Assembly: GCA_021771815.1 (NCBI GenBank)
Contig: JAETOE010000015.1
Coordinates: 3,778-67,777 of the forward strand
DNA from: Roseburia hominis
Lineage (GTDB): Bacteria > Bacillota > Clostridia > Lachnospirales > Lachnospiraceae
Direction of reading: 5' to 3'
Length of the DNA: 64,000 bases
The position numbers and the translations under genes were made by a program. Under the pieces are notes generated by a model. It saw nothing but the letters and a program-made list of their open reading frames with translations. It did no database searches and was not told the DNA's origin. How positions within the stretch are numbered: the first letter of the stretch is position 1; each line of letters starts with the position of its first letter. This document shows, piece after piece, positions 8,987-17,507 of this stretch.

Positions 8987-9830
8987 GCCGACTTATAGCA
9001 AATTTCGGCAAATTATTTAAACTTACTGTTTCCAATGTCTGTAACTGCTGCACTGCTAACTGACGAAGTAATTCCATTCGTTCTTTTTGACTTTTTCCCT
9101 GATTAATCAAAACTGCATTATAACTTTCTAGATTCGCAAGCACTAATAACTGATTCAGCGTTGCCACATCCCGCATATTTCCTTTTTCAGTTGGATTTTC
9201 ATCTTTCCACTGCTTTGCTGTTTGTCCGAACAAAACAACATTCAACATATCTGCTTCATTAGCATAGGTATACGCCACCTGTACGGGCGTTAATTCTGGC
9301 GGAATCAAATTTTCTTTAATTGCATCTGTATGTATCCTGTAATTCAACTTAGAAATTTCTCTATTCAAATTCCAAGTCAAAGATAACCGACTGTTTTCGT
9401 CTGTCTTTAAACGTCTGTAGTCTTTCATAATATATAGCTGAAACTCAGGAGAAATCCAGGTTGCAAAGGACATAGCAATATCACTATGAGCATATGTTCC
9501 GCCATAGCGTCCTGCTTTTGAAACAATACCGATAGCATCTGTCGCTTCTATCCATTTCTTGGGTGACATTGTAAAAGCATTCGCTCCAGCCTGCTTTTTA
9601 AACCCCTCGAATTCGAGGGGTTTAAAATTTGGATTATGTAACCTTTCCCACAGTCCCAAAAATTCTATAACATCCCGATTTCTCATCCAGTTTTGAATAA
9701 CCGCCGTCGGGTCATCGCTCTTATACCGGGCAATATCTGTCAATGAAATAAATTCATTTTCAAAATCCTGCGTATAAATTCCAATATCTATTCCATTTGC
9801 ATGGATTGTGTCTTTAATCATTTTCCCCAT
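8976..9830 (-). CDS. KilA-N domain-containing protein
   Basis: FISLTDIARYKSDDPTAVIQNWMRNRDVIEFLGLWERLHNPNF..GRYGGTYAHSDIAMSFATWISPEFQLY is the characteristic KilA-N/Bro-N-like DNA-binding module, followed by a helical C-terminal half. Start set at ATG 9830, which follows GGGAGG. The track ORF starts at GTG 9869. Confidence 0.85.
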   Translation of the reverse strand: MGKMIKDTIHANGIDIGIYTQDFENEFISLTDIARYKSDDPTAVIQNWMRNRDVIEFLGLWERLHNPNFKPLEFEGFKKQAGANAFTMSPKKWIEATDAIGIVSKAGRYGGTYAHSDIAMSFATWISPEFQLYIMKDYRRLKTDENSRLSLTWNLNREISKLNYRIHTDAIKENLIPPELTPVQVAYTYANEADMLNVVLFGQTAKQWKDENPTEKGNMRDVATLNQLLVLANLESYNAVLINQGKSQKERMELLRQLAVQQLQTLETVSLNNLPKFAISRHEE

Positions 9831-9882
9831 TGTTCCTCCCGCAATCACATTATAATCTTTTGGAAACACTTAATTCTCTTTT

Positions 9883-10176
9883 TTAAGAATCTTCTACTGA
9901 ATAACTACCCTCATCTTCCCACATTTCCCGATATGCTTCAATATAAAGCTTAATGCAGCCAGGGTATATATACAAATATCTTCTACACGCCCTTTTATAC
10001 AATTCCAATATTTTTTCATCACAAGCAAAATCCAATAAATAATCAAGCAAATGCGACAATTCATCTTCTGACACGGTTCTGCTACACACATCTTCAACCA
10101 ACGGCAAATAAATCTCATAGGCTTTCTGATGTATTTCAACTATCCATCCTGCAATCTGATAGATCCTTTCATCCAT
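9883..10176 (-). CDS. small acidic hypothetical protein (97 aa), first gene of the KilA-N cassette
   Basis: The ATG overlaps the rlmD stop (TAATG at 10174-10178). 21 Asp/Glu against 10 Lys/Arg. Predicted helical. No recognisable domain. Confidence 0.55.
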   Translation of the reverse strand: MDERIYQIAGWIVEIHQKAYEIYLPLVEDVCSRTVSEDELSHLLDYLLDFACDEKILELYKRACRRYLYIYPGCIKLYIEAYREMWEDEGSYSVEDS

Positions 10177-12143
10177 TAAATCACCTCAAAATATTCAAGA
10201 GCATCTGTTATCGCTTCTACCTTTTCTTTCGGTGGATGCTTCCTCGGATGTTTTAATTCTTCTGCCATATTAGGAGCATCATACATTGTTAGTCCCAAAG
10301 ACCTTTTCACCTCTGCAATATACGCAGTATGTACTTTAAACCCATATTTCTTCTCAACATATTCCTGTATCATTTTATATGTGATTTTCGGTTTCGGCTG
10401 ATATTTCTTCGCTCGCTCCGCTATTGTATCCAGCGGCACCTTGCCCTCACCCTCGCCAAATTCCACTTTTACATTAATAACACTGTCTGGTGATTTGTGG
10501 GACAAAAGTACAATAGTTTCCACATGCACCGTATGTCCAAACTGATCCACCGCTCTCACCCTCTTAATTTCATATCCCCCGTCGCAAAGCACCCGCAGAT
10601 CCCTCGCCAGTGTTGCCGAGTCGCAGCTCACATACACGATCCGTTCCGGCGCCATCTTAAGCATCGTCTCAAGACACTGTACATCACAGCCCTTCCTTGG
10701 CGGGTCTACGACAATGACGTCGGGATGGCGCATGTCCGCTCCGGCAACTTCCTCCGCTGCATCTCCGCTCAATGCGCCTGCTGCACCTTCCATCTTTCCG
10801 GCTGCATCTTTCTGCTGTCCTGTCTTACCCGCACGCTCATAGAACTCCGGCAGAACCTCCTCCGCCTTGCCGACGAAAAACTTCGCGTTCATAATGCCGT
10901 TTAGCTTGGCATTATTTCTCGCGTCCTCAATTGCCTGCGGAACAATCTCCACGCCGTAGACCATTCCTGCCTTCTGCGCCAGAAAGAGTGAAATCGTTCC
11001 GATGCCGCAGTAGAGATCCCAGACCGTCTCCTTTCCGGTCAGCCCCGCATAGTCGAGCGCAAGGCTGTAGAGCTTCTCCGTCTGCACCGGATTCACCTGA
11101 TAAAAAGACTGCGGGGAAATATGGTACGCAATCGCTGTGTCCGTAACGCGAAATTCTTCCACTGTTTCGGAAGAAATCTCCCGCGCGCCTTCCCTTCCAT
11201 ATACCTTCCCGCCGTCTGTTTCCTTTCGCACATCCCCATCCGTGCGCTCTTTCTCCCGCAGAGATGCATTCGCAGAAACATTTGTTCCACACTCCCGCAG
11301 ATGAATATAATCCGTAATATACGCCTGCCCCCAGATTGTTTCCGTTTCATTTCCAAGAATTACATTTGTATTTTTCGAATTAAGATTAACAGATATGCTT
11401 GTCATCCCATCTATCCGGCACAACTTTTCCACCAATTTCTCCTGTGCCGGAAGCTTCTTTCCGTTGATGACAAGACAGACCATGAATTCCTTCGTCGTAA
11501 AGCCATAGCGGATGAGAACATGGCGTATCAGCCCTTTTCCTGTCGTTTCATCGTAAGGCATCACATGATTTTCATTCATATAGGAGAGCACACAATCCAG
11601 TATTTCCTTATTTTCCGGTACGCCGAGCTTACAGTCCGACACGGGAATAATGCTGTGTGTGCGCGACGCGTAAAATCCTGCAATGATCTTTCCGTTCCTG
11701 TCCATGCCAATTGGAAACTGTGCCTTATTGCGGTAACGGTATGGGTGCTCCATCCCAACGATAGGCTCCATCACTCCATCCACAAATTCCGGTGCAAAGC
11801 CGCCGATCCGAATCAGATTGCCACGCACCTTATTCTGCTTAAAGCGAAGCTGCTCTCCATAATCCATCGCCTGAATCTGACAACCGCCGCAGCGTGCATG
11901 AAGCGCACATTCCGGCTCTGTACGCCGCGCGGAAGGCTCAATAATTTCCTCCACACGCGCGTAGCCGTAATTCTTCTTAAGCTTCGTCACACGCGCCCGG
12001 ATGACATCACCAATGACGGCGTCTTTCACAAAAAAGGTCATGCCCTCATATTTCCCGATTCCTTCCCCGTCAACGCCCATATCCTCAATTTTCAATTCTA
12101 TAATGCTGTTTTTCTCCAACATGGTTTCTCCCTGTACACTCAT
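10176..12143 (-). CDS. rlmD: 23S rRNA (uracil-C5)-methyltransferase RlmD/RumA with a 107-aa C-terminal tail and two low-complexity inserts
   Basis: TRAM domain (IELKIEDMGVDGEGIGKYEG), Fe-S Cys cluster (CALHARCGGCQ), SAM motif (DLYCGIGTISL), catalytic region VDPPRKGC..VYVSCD. The usual C-terminus ..HVETIVLLS is followed by an extra 107 aa encoded at 10176-10499. Confidence 0.9.
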   Translation of the reverse strand: MSVQGETMLEKNSIIELKIEDMGVDGEGIGKYEGMTFFVKDAVIGDVIRARVTKLKKNYGYARVEEIIEPSARRTEPECALHARCGGCQIQAMDYGEQLRFKQNKVRGNLIRIGGFAPEFVDGVMEPIVGMEHPYRYRNKAQFPIGMDRNGKIIAGFYASRTHSIIPVSDCKLGVPENKEILDCVLSYMNENHVMPYDETTGKGLIRHVLIRYGFTTKEFMVCLVINGKKLPAQEKLVEKLCRIDGMTSISVNLNSKNTNVILGNETETIWGQAYITDYIHLRECGTNVSANASLREKERTDGDVRKETDGGKVYGREGAREISSETVEEFRVTDTAIAYHISPQSFYQVNPVQTEKLYSLALDYAGLTGKETVWDLYCGIGTISLFLAQKAGMVYGVEIVPQAIEDARNNAKLNGIMNAKFFVGKAEEVLPEFYERAGKTGQQKDAAGKMEGAAGALSGDAAEEVAGADMRHPDVIVVDPPRKGCDVQCLETMLKMAPERIVYVSCDSATLARDLRVLCDGGYEIKRVRAVDQFGHTVHVETIVLLSHKSPDSVINVKVEFGEGEGKVPLDTIAERAKKYQPKPKITYKMIQEYVEKKYGFKVHTAYIAEVKRSLGLTMYDAPNMAEELKHPRKHPPKEKVEAITDALEYFEVI

Positions 12144-12191
12144 AAACCCGCTGTCATGAAAGTGTCTTTGCTTCCGATTCCATTCGTCAAA

Positions 12192-12224
12192 ATAAGCAGC
12201 CTCCGTTCTTCGTAAGCTGCTTAT
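12192..12224 (-). terminator. terminator after yhaM
   Basis: ATAAGCAGC / GCTGCTTAT 9-bp stem, followed on the minus strand by TTTT. Confidence 0.6.
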
Positions 12225-12242
12225 CTCCCGTCTCTGCCTGTA

Positions 12243-13193
12243 TTAGTCCCTGCCTGATCTGCGGATATTGCTCTCAAGCAGGCGATTATATCCCTGCCAC
12301 TCCAGATTATTTTCCGGTACATTCGCAAAAATTTCGCGAATCGTCTCCATCTTCGCATCTACATTGTCAGCGAAGCTAAGCGCAAGCGCTTCCGCCAATG
12401 CAGGCTTCTTCGGCGAACCGTACTCCAATTCCCCGTGATGCGCCAGAATGCAGTGCTTGAGCTCGTTCGCAAGCCCCTTTGGAAATCCCGGTATTGTGCG
12501 GATGCGTTCTCCGACCCATTCCGCCCCAATCATAATATGACCGAGCAGCTGTCCCGCGTCCGTATAATCATTCTCCGGGAACGTCGAAAGCTCTTCCATC
12601 TTTCCGATATCATGAAAAATCGCTGCCGATACCAGCAGGTCACGATTTAAAATCGGGTATGCCGCCGCGAAATAATCGCAGTGTTTCGCCACGGAAAGCG
12701 TATGCTCTAAAAGCCCGCCCACAAATCCATGGTGAACCGTCTTTGCCGCCGAATGAAATTTAAAGCGCTTTTCAAAATCCTTATCCTCTACGAAAAAGCT
12801 CTCAAGCAATTTCTTCAAGTACGGCTGTTTTATAGATGCAATCAGCGCGAGCAGTTCCCCGTACATTTCGTCAACGTCCCTGGTGCTGACCGGAAGATAA
12901 TCTTTCGGCTCATACTCACCTTCCTGTACCTTGCGGACGCGCTTAATATTAAGCTGCAGATTTCCCTGAAAACTCGTGATATCGCCCATGACATTGATGT
13001 AATCCAAGGAATCAAATTCCTCGATCCCCACCGATCCCGGCTCCCATATCTTAGCGTCCAGTGTTCCGGTCTTATCCTGCAGTACCAGACTGTCATACGG
13101 CTTTCCCGCCTTCGTCAATGCCGACTGCTTTACCTTGCACAAATAAATTTCGTTGATTCTCTCACCCTCGCGCAGACTCTCAATGTATTTCAT
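12243..13193 (-). CDS. yhaM: 3'-5' exoribonuclease YhaM (OB-fold plus HD domain)
   Basis: N-terminal OB region (YLCKVKQSALTKAGKPYDSLVLQDKTG) and HD motif (AAIFHDIGK). Start ATG 13193 follows GAGG. Confidence 0.8.
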   Translation of the reverse strand: MKYIESLREGERINEIYLCKVKQSALTKAGKPYDSLVLQDKTGTLDAKIWEPGSVGIEEFDSLDYINVMGDITSFQGNLQLNIKRVRKVQEGEYEPKDYLPVSTRDVDEMYGELLALIASIKQPYLKKLLESFFVEDKDFEKRFKFHSAAKTVHHGFVGGLLEHTLSVAKHCDYFAAAYPILNRDLLVSAAIFHDIGKMEELSTFPENDYTDAGQLLGHIMIGAEWVGERIRTIPGFPKGLANELKHCILAHHGELEYGSPKKPALAEALALSFADNVDAKMETIREIFANVPENNLEWQGYNRLLESNIRRSGRD

Positions 13194-13310
13194 TTTCAAC
13201 CTCATTTCTATAATATGGCGGTGTCAGAGGACACCGCCGTTCTTACTTCTATATTGTATTTGCGTTCCATACCCGCTTATGCTATTTCGTATTTGTTCCG
13301 GAGCTCCTCG

Positions 13311-14603
13311 CTATTTTAATACGCCGACCTCGACCGTACAGGTAATTTCCTCATACTTCTCTGTCCCCTGCCGCTCAATCACGATCTCGACCGAATCCCC
13401 CGGTTCCAGCGCAAGCAGCTTACTCTCATAGCTGTCGGCGGTATATACCGCCTCTCCGCCCATCTTTGTGATGACGTCTCCGCTCTGAAGCCCCGCTGCC
13501 ATCGCCGGAGAATCCATCTTGACCTCTTTGATATATGCACCCTTCGGAATCTCATTTTCCTTCGCGATATCCGTTGTGACCGTCGAAAGCTGCAGCCCGA
13601 TATACGGGACATCCATGCCATTCGACATCATCTGGATCATCTGTTTTAACTCGGAAATAGAGAGTGCTGTCAGCGTACTCTGATCCGCCTCATTTCCATA
13701 ATCCTGCATGACAAGACCGATGATCTCGCCGTTCGTATTGACAAGGACACCGCTTCCGTCGCTGCTTCCTACGATATCCGTCGTGAACACTGTATAATTA
13801 TTGTCAATCGTCGAGATGCTATTGTTGGTAGACGTGATATTTCCGGTCAGGATTGAATAATTCGTTCCGAGCGGACTTCCGACTGCAATCACGAGCGCCC
13901 CCTGCGTTGTCGCCAGGGAATTGCCAAGCTGCGCTACGGATATTGCATTCATAGTCTCCTCATCGACTGACGCGCGCGGCACAGAAAGCACCGTAATCCC
14001 CGTATTACCGTCATATTTTTTTATCTCTGCCTCTACCGTCACATCATTGATGAACGTAACATATACCTGCTGCACATCTGAAATCACCTTGTGCTCCGTC
14101 AGAATCAAAAGCTCCTGCCCGCTGTCCGCGATGATGATGCCCGACGCCTGCCCCTTGCTCTCATAAGCGTTGTTGAACCAGTCCGTGTCACTCTTTACGC
14201 CCGTAACCGTCACCACAAAACGGTTCGCTTCACGACCGACCGCATAAAGCTTATTCTGCACATTCTGTAAATCCGCGATCTCAAGTTCCGGCATCACCAC
14301 TTCCATCGGCGGCTGCTCTGTCTCCGGCGGCACAGCTTCCGTCTGCGGTTCCTCCGTCTCCTCCGTCTCTTCCGTCTCCGCAATGCTGTCCTGCGGAATC
14401 ATGACTGCCGGCGGCTCCTCAGGGTAGAACATCTCCGCAAACTTCGGCTGAAAATATGTAAAAACCAGACTCGCCACAAGCCCGAACACCACTGCCATTC
14501 CGACCGTGAAGCCTGCCTGCATCAGAAGCCTTCTCTTATTGACCGGCTTCTCCTTAATTTTCTCTTTGATAAAAGAAAACTGATCGTCATCTTTCTGCTG
14601 CAT
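13311..14603 (-). CDS. membrane-anchored trypsin-like (S1C/HtrA-family) protease with C-terminal PDZ domain
   Basis: N-terminal TM helix, TEHKV (His), GSSDGSGVLVN (Ser region), and a PDZ segment (GAYIKEVKMDSPAMAAGLQSGDVI). Start ATG 14603 follows AAGAGGAAA. Confidence 0.75.
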   Translation of the reverse strand: MQQKDDDQFSFIKEKIKEKPVNKRRLLMQAGFTVGMAVVFGLVASLVFTYFQPKFAEMFYPEEPPAVMIPQDSIAETEETEETEEPQTEAVPPETEQPPMEVVMPELEIADLQNVQNKLYAVGREANRFVVTVTGVKSDTDWFNNAYESKGQASGIIIADSGQELLILTEHKVISDVQQVYVTFINDVTVEAEIKKYDGNTGITVLSVPRASVDEETMNAISVAQLGNSLATTQGALVIAVGSPLGTNYSILTGNITSTNNSISTIDNNYTVFTTDIVGSSDGSGVLVNTNGEIIGLVMQDYGNEADQSTLTALSISELKQMIQMMSNGMDVPYIGLQLSTVTTDIAKENEIPKGAYIKEVKMDSPAMAAGLQSGDVITKMGGEAVYTADSYESKLLALEPGDSVEIVIERQGTEKYEEITCTVEVGVLK

Positions 14604-14754
14604 GATTTTCCTCTTTTCTAAGTGTTTCACACATGAACCTCTGAAAACCGTACCTCAGAATATTATAAAATGAATCACATACGCTTGCAATACTATTATT
14701 GAAATCTTTTGAAATCCGCTTTCCAAGCCGCCCCCAATACGTTATAATGTACAG

Positions 14755-14930
14755 GAAAGCGATGAGCAGTGCCAATCCGCGAAGAGACAAATATCCGTGC
14801 TTGCACGAAGATATTTGTTTCTTTGCGGATTGATAGGGCGAACGCCCGTGAATGAGGGAGCTTTGCTCCCGAATTCGCACTGCGGGCTATAGTTCTGCCG
14901 ATTCATAGGGCGAACGCCCACTGCTCATAA
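14755..14930 (+). ncRNA. candidate structured RNA or MITE-like element in the htrA-mutS2 divergent spacer
   Basis: 10-bp closing helix ATGAGCAGTG (14762-14771) / CACTGCTCAT (14919-14928). 23-bp helix 14773-14795 / 14810-14832 with 2 G-U pairs. Hairpins GGGCG-AA-CGCCC twice and GGGAGC-TTT-GCTCCC. TATAAT at 14743-14748. Class not recognised. Confidence 0.4.
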
Positions 14931-14958
14931 AACGACTAACAAATAAGGACATCCCATC

Positions 14959-17421
14959 ATGAATGAAAAAGTTTTACAAACGTTAGAATACAATAAAATC
15001 TTAGACCAGCTCACGGAGCACGCCTACAGCAGCGACGCAAAGCAGCGATGCAAGACGCTTCGCCCCATCACGGACCGCGCCGTCATCGAGCAGCAACAGC
15101 AGCAGACCGGCGACGCATTGAGCCGCATTTTCAAATATGGCTCACTCTCCTTCTCAGGAATCAGCGATATCCGTGACTCCTTAAAGCGTCTTGAAATCGG
15201 CGGCTCACTAAGCGCCATCGAGCTTCTGCGCATCTGCTCATTGTTAGAGGCTGCCAAACGCGCCAAAGCGTTTGCCCGCATGAGCCTAAGCCGCGCTGAC
15301 CGCATGAGCGAAGCTTCCGGCGATACCGCATCGTCTACATCACGCAACGGAGAGCAGACGCCGGAGTCCGGCGAACTGCAGGACTCGCTGACCGGCTTTT
15401 TCGCACAGATCGAGCCGCTCACGAAGCTTTCCGATGAGATCCGGCGCTGCATTCTTTCCGAGGATGAGATCGCGGATGATGCGAGCAGCACGCTCCGTTC
15501 CATCCGCCGCTCGCTGCGCGGCATGAACGATAAAATCCGCGCGCAGATGAATTCGATGATCAACAATTCCACGACCCGCAGTTATCTGCAGGACACGGTC
15601 ATTACAATGCGCGACGGGCGCTACTGTCTGCCCGTCAAAGCGGAAGCCAAGTCACAGGTACCCGGCATGATTCACGACCAGTCCTCCACAGGCTCCACAC
15701 TCTTCATCGAGCCGATGGCAGTTGTGAATTTGAACAACGAATACAAGGAGCTGCTGCTGCGCGAGCAGGACGAGATCGAAGTCATTCTCGCGAACTTAAG
15801 CAATCTGACCGGAGAATATGCCGTGCAGCTTCTGACGGACTATCAGGTCTTGACGGAACTTGATTTTATCTTTGCAAAAGCCTCTTATGCGCAGGAATAC
15901 AACAGCGTTGCTCCTCTTTTCAACGATGACGGGCATATCAATATCCGTAAAGCCCGCCATCCGCTGCTCGACCCGGCCAAAGTCGTTCCGATCGATATCC
16001 GTCTGGGAGAGGATTTCGGTCTTTTGATCGTGACCGGACCGAACACGGGAGGCAAGACCGTTTCCTTAAAGACTGTAGGACTTCTGACCCTTATGGGGCA
16101 GGCTGGTCTTCACATTCCCGCAGCCGAGCGCTCGCAGCTCGGTATTTTCGAGGAGGTATTTGCGGACATCGGCGACGAGCAGAGCATCGAGCAGTCCCTA
16201 AGTACCTTTTCCTCCCATATGAAAAATATCATCCGCATCTTAGACCAGGCGGATGACCGGTCGCTTGTCCTCTTCGACGAGCTTTGCGCCGGAACCGATC
16301 CTACCGAGGGCGCTGCGCTTGCGATTTCCATTCTCGCAAAGCTGCACCTCTACGGCGCGCGGATCATGGCAACCACACACTACAGCGAGTTGAAGGTCTA
16401 TGCACTCTCCACTCCGGGCGTTGAGAACGCCTGCTGTGAATTTGACGTCTCGACATTAAGCCCGACTTACCGCCTCCTGATCGGCATTCCCGGCAAGAGT
16501 AATGCATTCGCAATTTCCGAAAAACTCGGGCTGTCCACTGATTTGATCGAAGATGCAAAAGGACGCATCAGCGAGAGCGAGAGCGGCTTTGAAGATCTGA
16601 TTGCCGATCTCGAGAAGAGCCGCATCACGATCGAGAAGGAACAGCTTGAGATCAACCAGTACAAGGCAGAGATCGAAACGCTGAGAGAAAAACTCACACA
16701 GAAACAGGAGCGGCTTGAAAACAGCCGTGACAAAATTCTGCGTGAAGCCAACGAACAGGCATACAATATCATCAAAGAGGCAAAGGATCTCGCCGACGAA
16801 ACGATCCGCAATTTCAACAAATACGGAACTGCCGGAGCGCCTGTCTCCCAGATGGAAAAGGAGCGCACAAAGCTCCGCGGCAAAATGGATGACGCGGCAA
16901 AAAAGATGTCCAATTCTAAGAAACCTGCGGCTCCGAACCATAAAGTTCCAAAGAACCTGCGCATCGGCGACAGCGTAAAAGTCATCAGCATGAACTTAAA
17001 CGGCACGGTTCACTCTCTGCCGAACGCCAAGGGCGACCTCTATGTACAGATGGGGATTCTGCGTTCCCTCGTCAACATAAACGACCTGATCCTTCTCGAG
17101 GAGGAGACTTCCTCCTCCGGCAAAAAGTTCAATAAGACCGGAGCCGGAAAGATCAAGATGAGCAAATCCGCATCGGTTTCCACGGAAATCAATCTGATCG
17201 GCAAAACGACCGACGAGGCGATTCCTCTGTTGGATAAATACCTCGACGACGCATATCTGGCGCACCTGCCCTCTGTGCGCATCGTCCACGGGAAAGGCAC
17301 GGGCGCGTTAAGAAACGCAGTACAGGCGCACTTAAAACGGCTGAAATATATCAAGTCCTTCCATCTCGGCGAATTTGGCGAGGGTGATGCAGGCGTTACG
17401 ATTGCAGAATTTAAGGATTAA
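14959..17421 (+). CDS. mutS2: endonuclease MutS2
   Basis: 820 aa. Walker A GPNTGGKT, MutS domain V, C-terminal Smr domain (VRIVHGKGTGALR). Confidence 0.92.
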   Translation: MNEKVLQTLEYNKILDQLTEHAYSSDAKQRCKTLRPITDRAVIEQQQQQTGDALSRIFKYGSLSFSGISDIRDSLKRLEIGGSLSAIELLRICSLLEAAKRAKAFARMSLSRADRMSEASGDTASSTSRNGEQTPESGELQDSLTGFFAQIEPLTKLSDEIRRCILSEDEIADDASSTLRSIRRSLRGMNDKIRAQMNSMINNSTTRSYLQDTVITMRDGRYCLPVKAEAKSQVPGMIHDQSSTGSTLFIEPMAVVNLNNEYKELLLREQDEIEVILANLSNLTGEYAVQLLTDYQVLTELDFIFAKASYAQEYNSVAPLFNDDGHINIRKARHPLLDPAKVVPIDIRLGEDFGLLIVTGPNTGGKTVSLKTVGLLTLMGQAGLHIPAAERSQLGIFEEVFADIGDEQSIEQSLSTFSSHMKNIIRILDQADDRSLVLFDELCAGTDPTEGAALAISILAKLHLYGARIMATTHYSELKVYALSTPGVENACCEFDVSTLSPTYRLLIGIPGKSNAFAISEKLGLSTDLIEDAKGRISESESGFEDLIADLEKSRITIEKEQLEINQYKAEIETLREKLTQKQERLENSRDKILREANEQAYNIIKEAKDLADETIRNFNKYGTAGAPVSQMEKERTKLRGKMDDAAKKMSNSKKPAAPNHKVPKNLRIGDSVKVISMNLNGTVHSLPNAKGDLYVQMGILRSLVNINDLILLEEETSSSGKKFNKTGAGKIKMSKSASVSTEINLIGKTTDEAIPLLDKYLDDAYLAHLPSVRIVHGKGTGALRNAVQAHLKRLKYIKSFHLGEFGEGDAGVTIAEFKD

Positions 17422-17507
17422 TTCAACACAAGGATTGATTCAACATATTGTACCCGCAGCGCAAGGCTGTACGCTTGCTGCGGGCAGCGGAAAGGCAGGT
17501 TATTCAA

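Noticed and set aside
11121-12215. 364-aa plus-strand ORF
   Set aside because: It lies entirely antisense to the well-supported rlmD gene. It has a Cys/His/Arg/Phe-rich junk-like composition and no SD.
14587-14880. 97-aa minus-strand ORF in the htrA-mutS2 spacer
   Set aside because: It overlaps the htrA start and the highly structured element. It has no SD, and its sequence is not protein-like.
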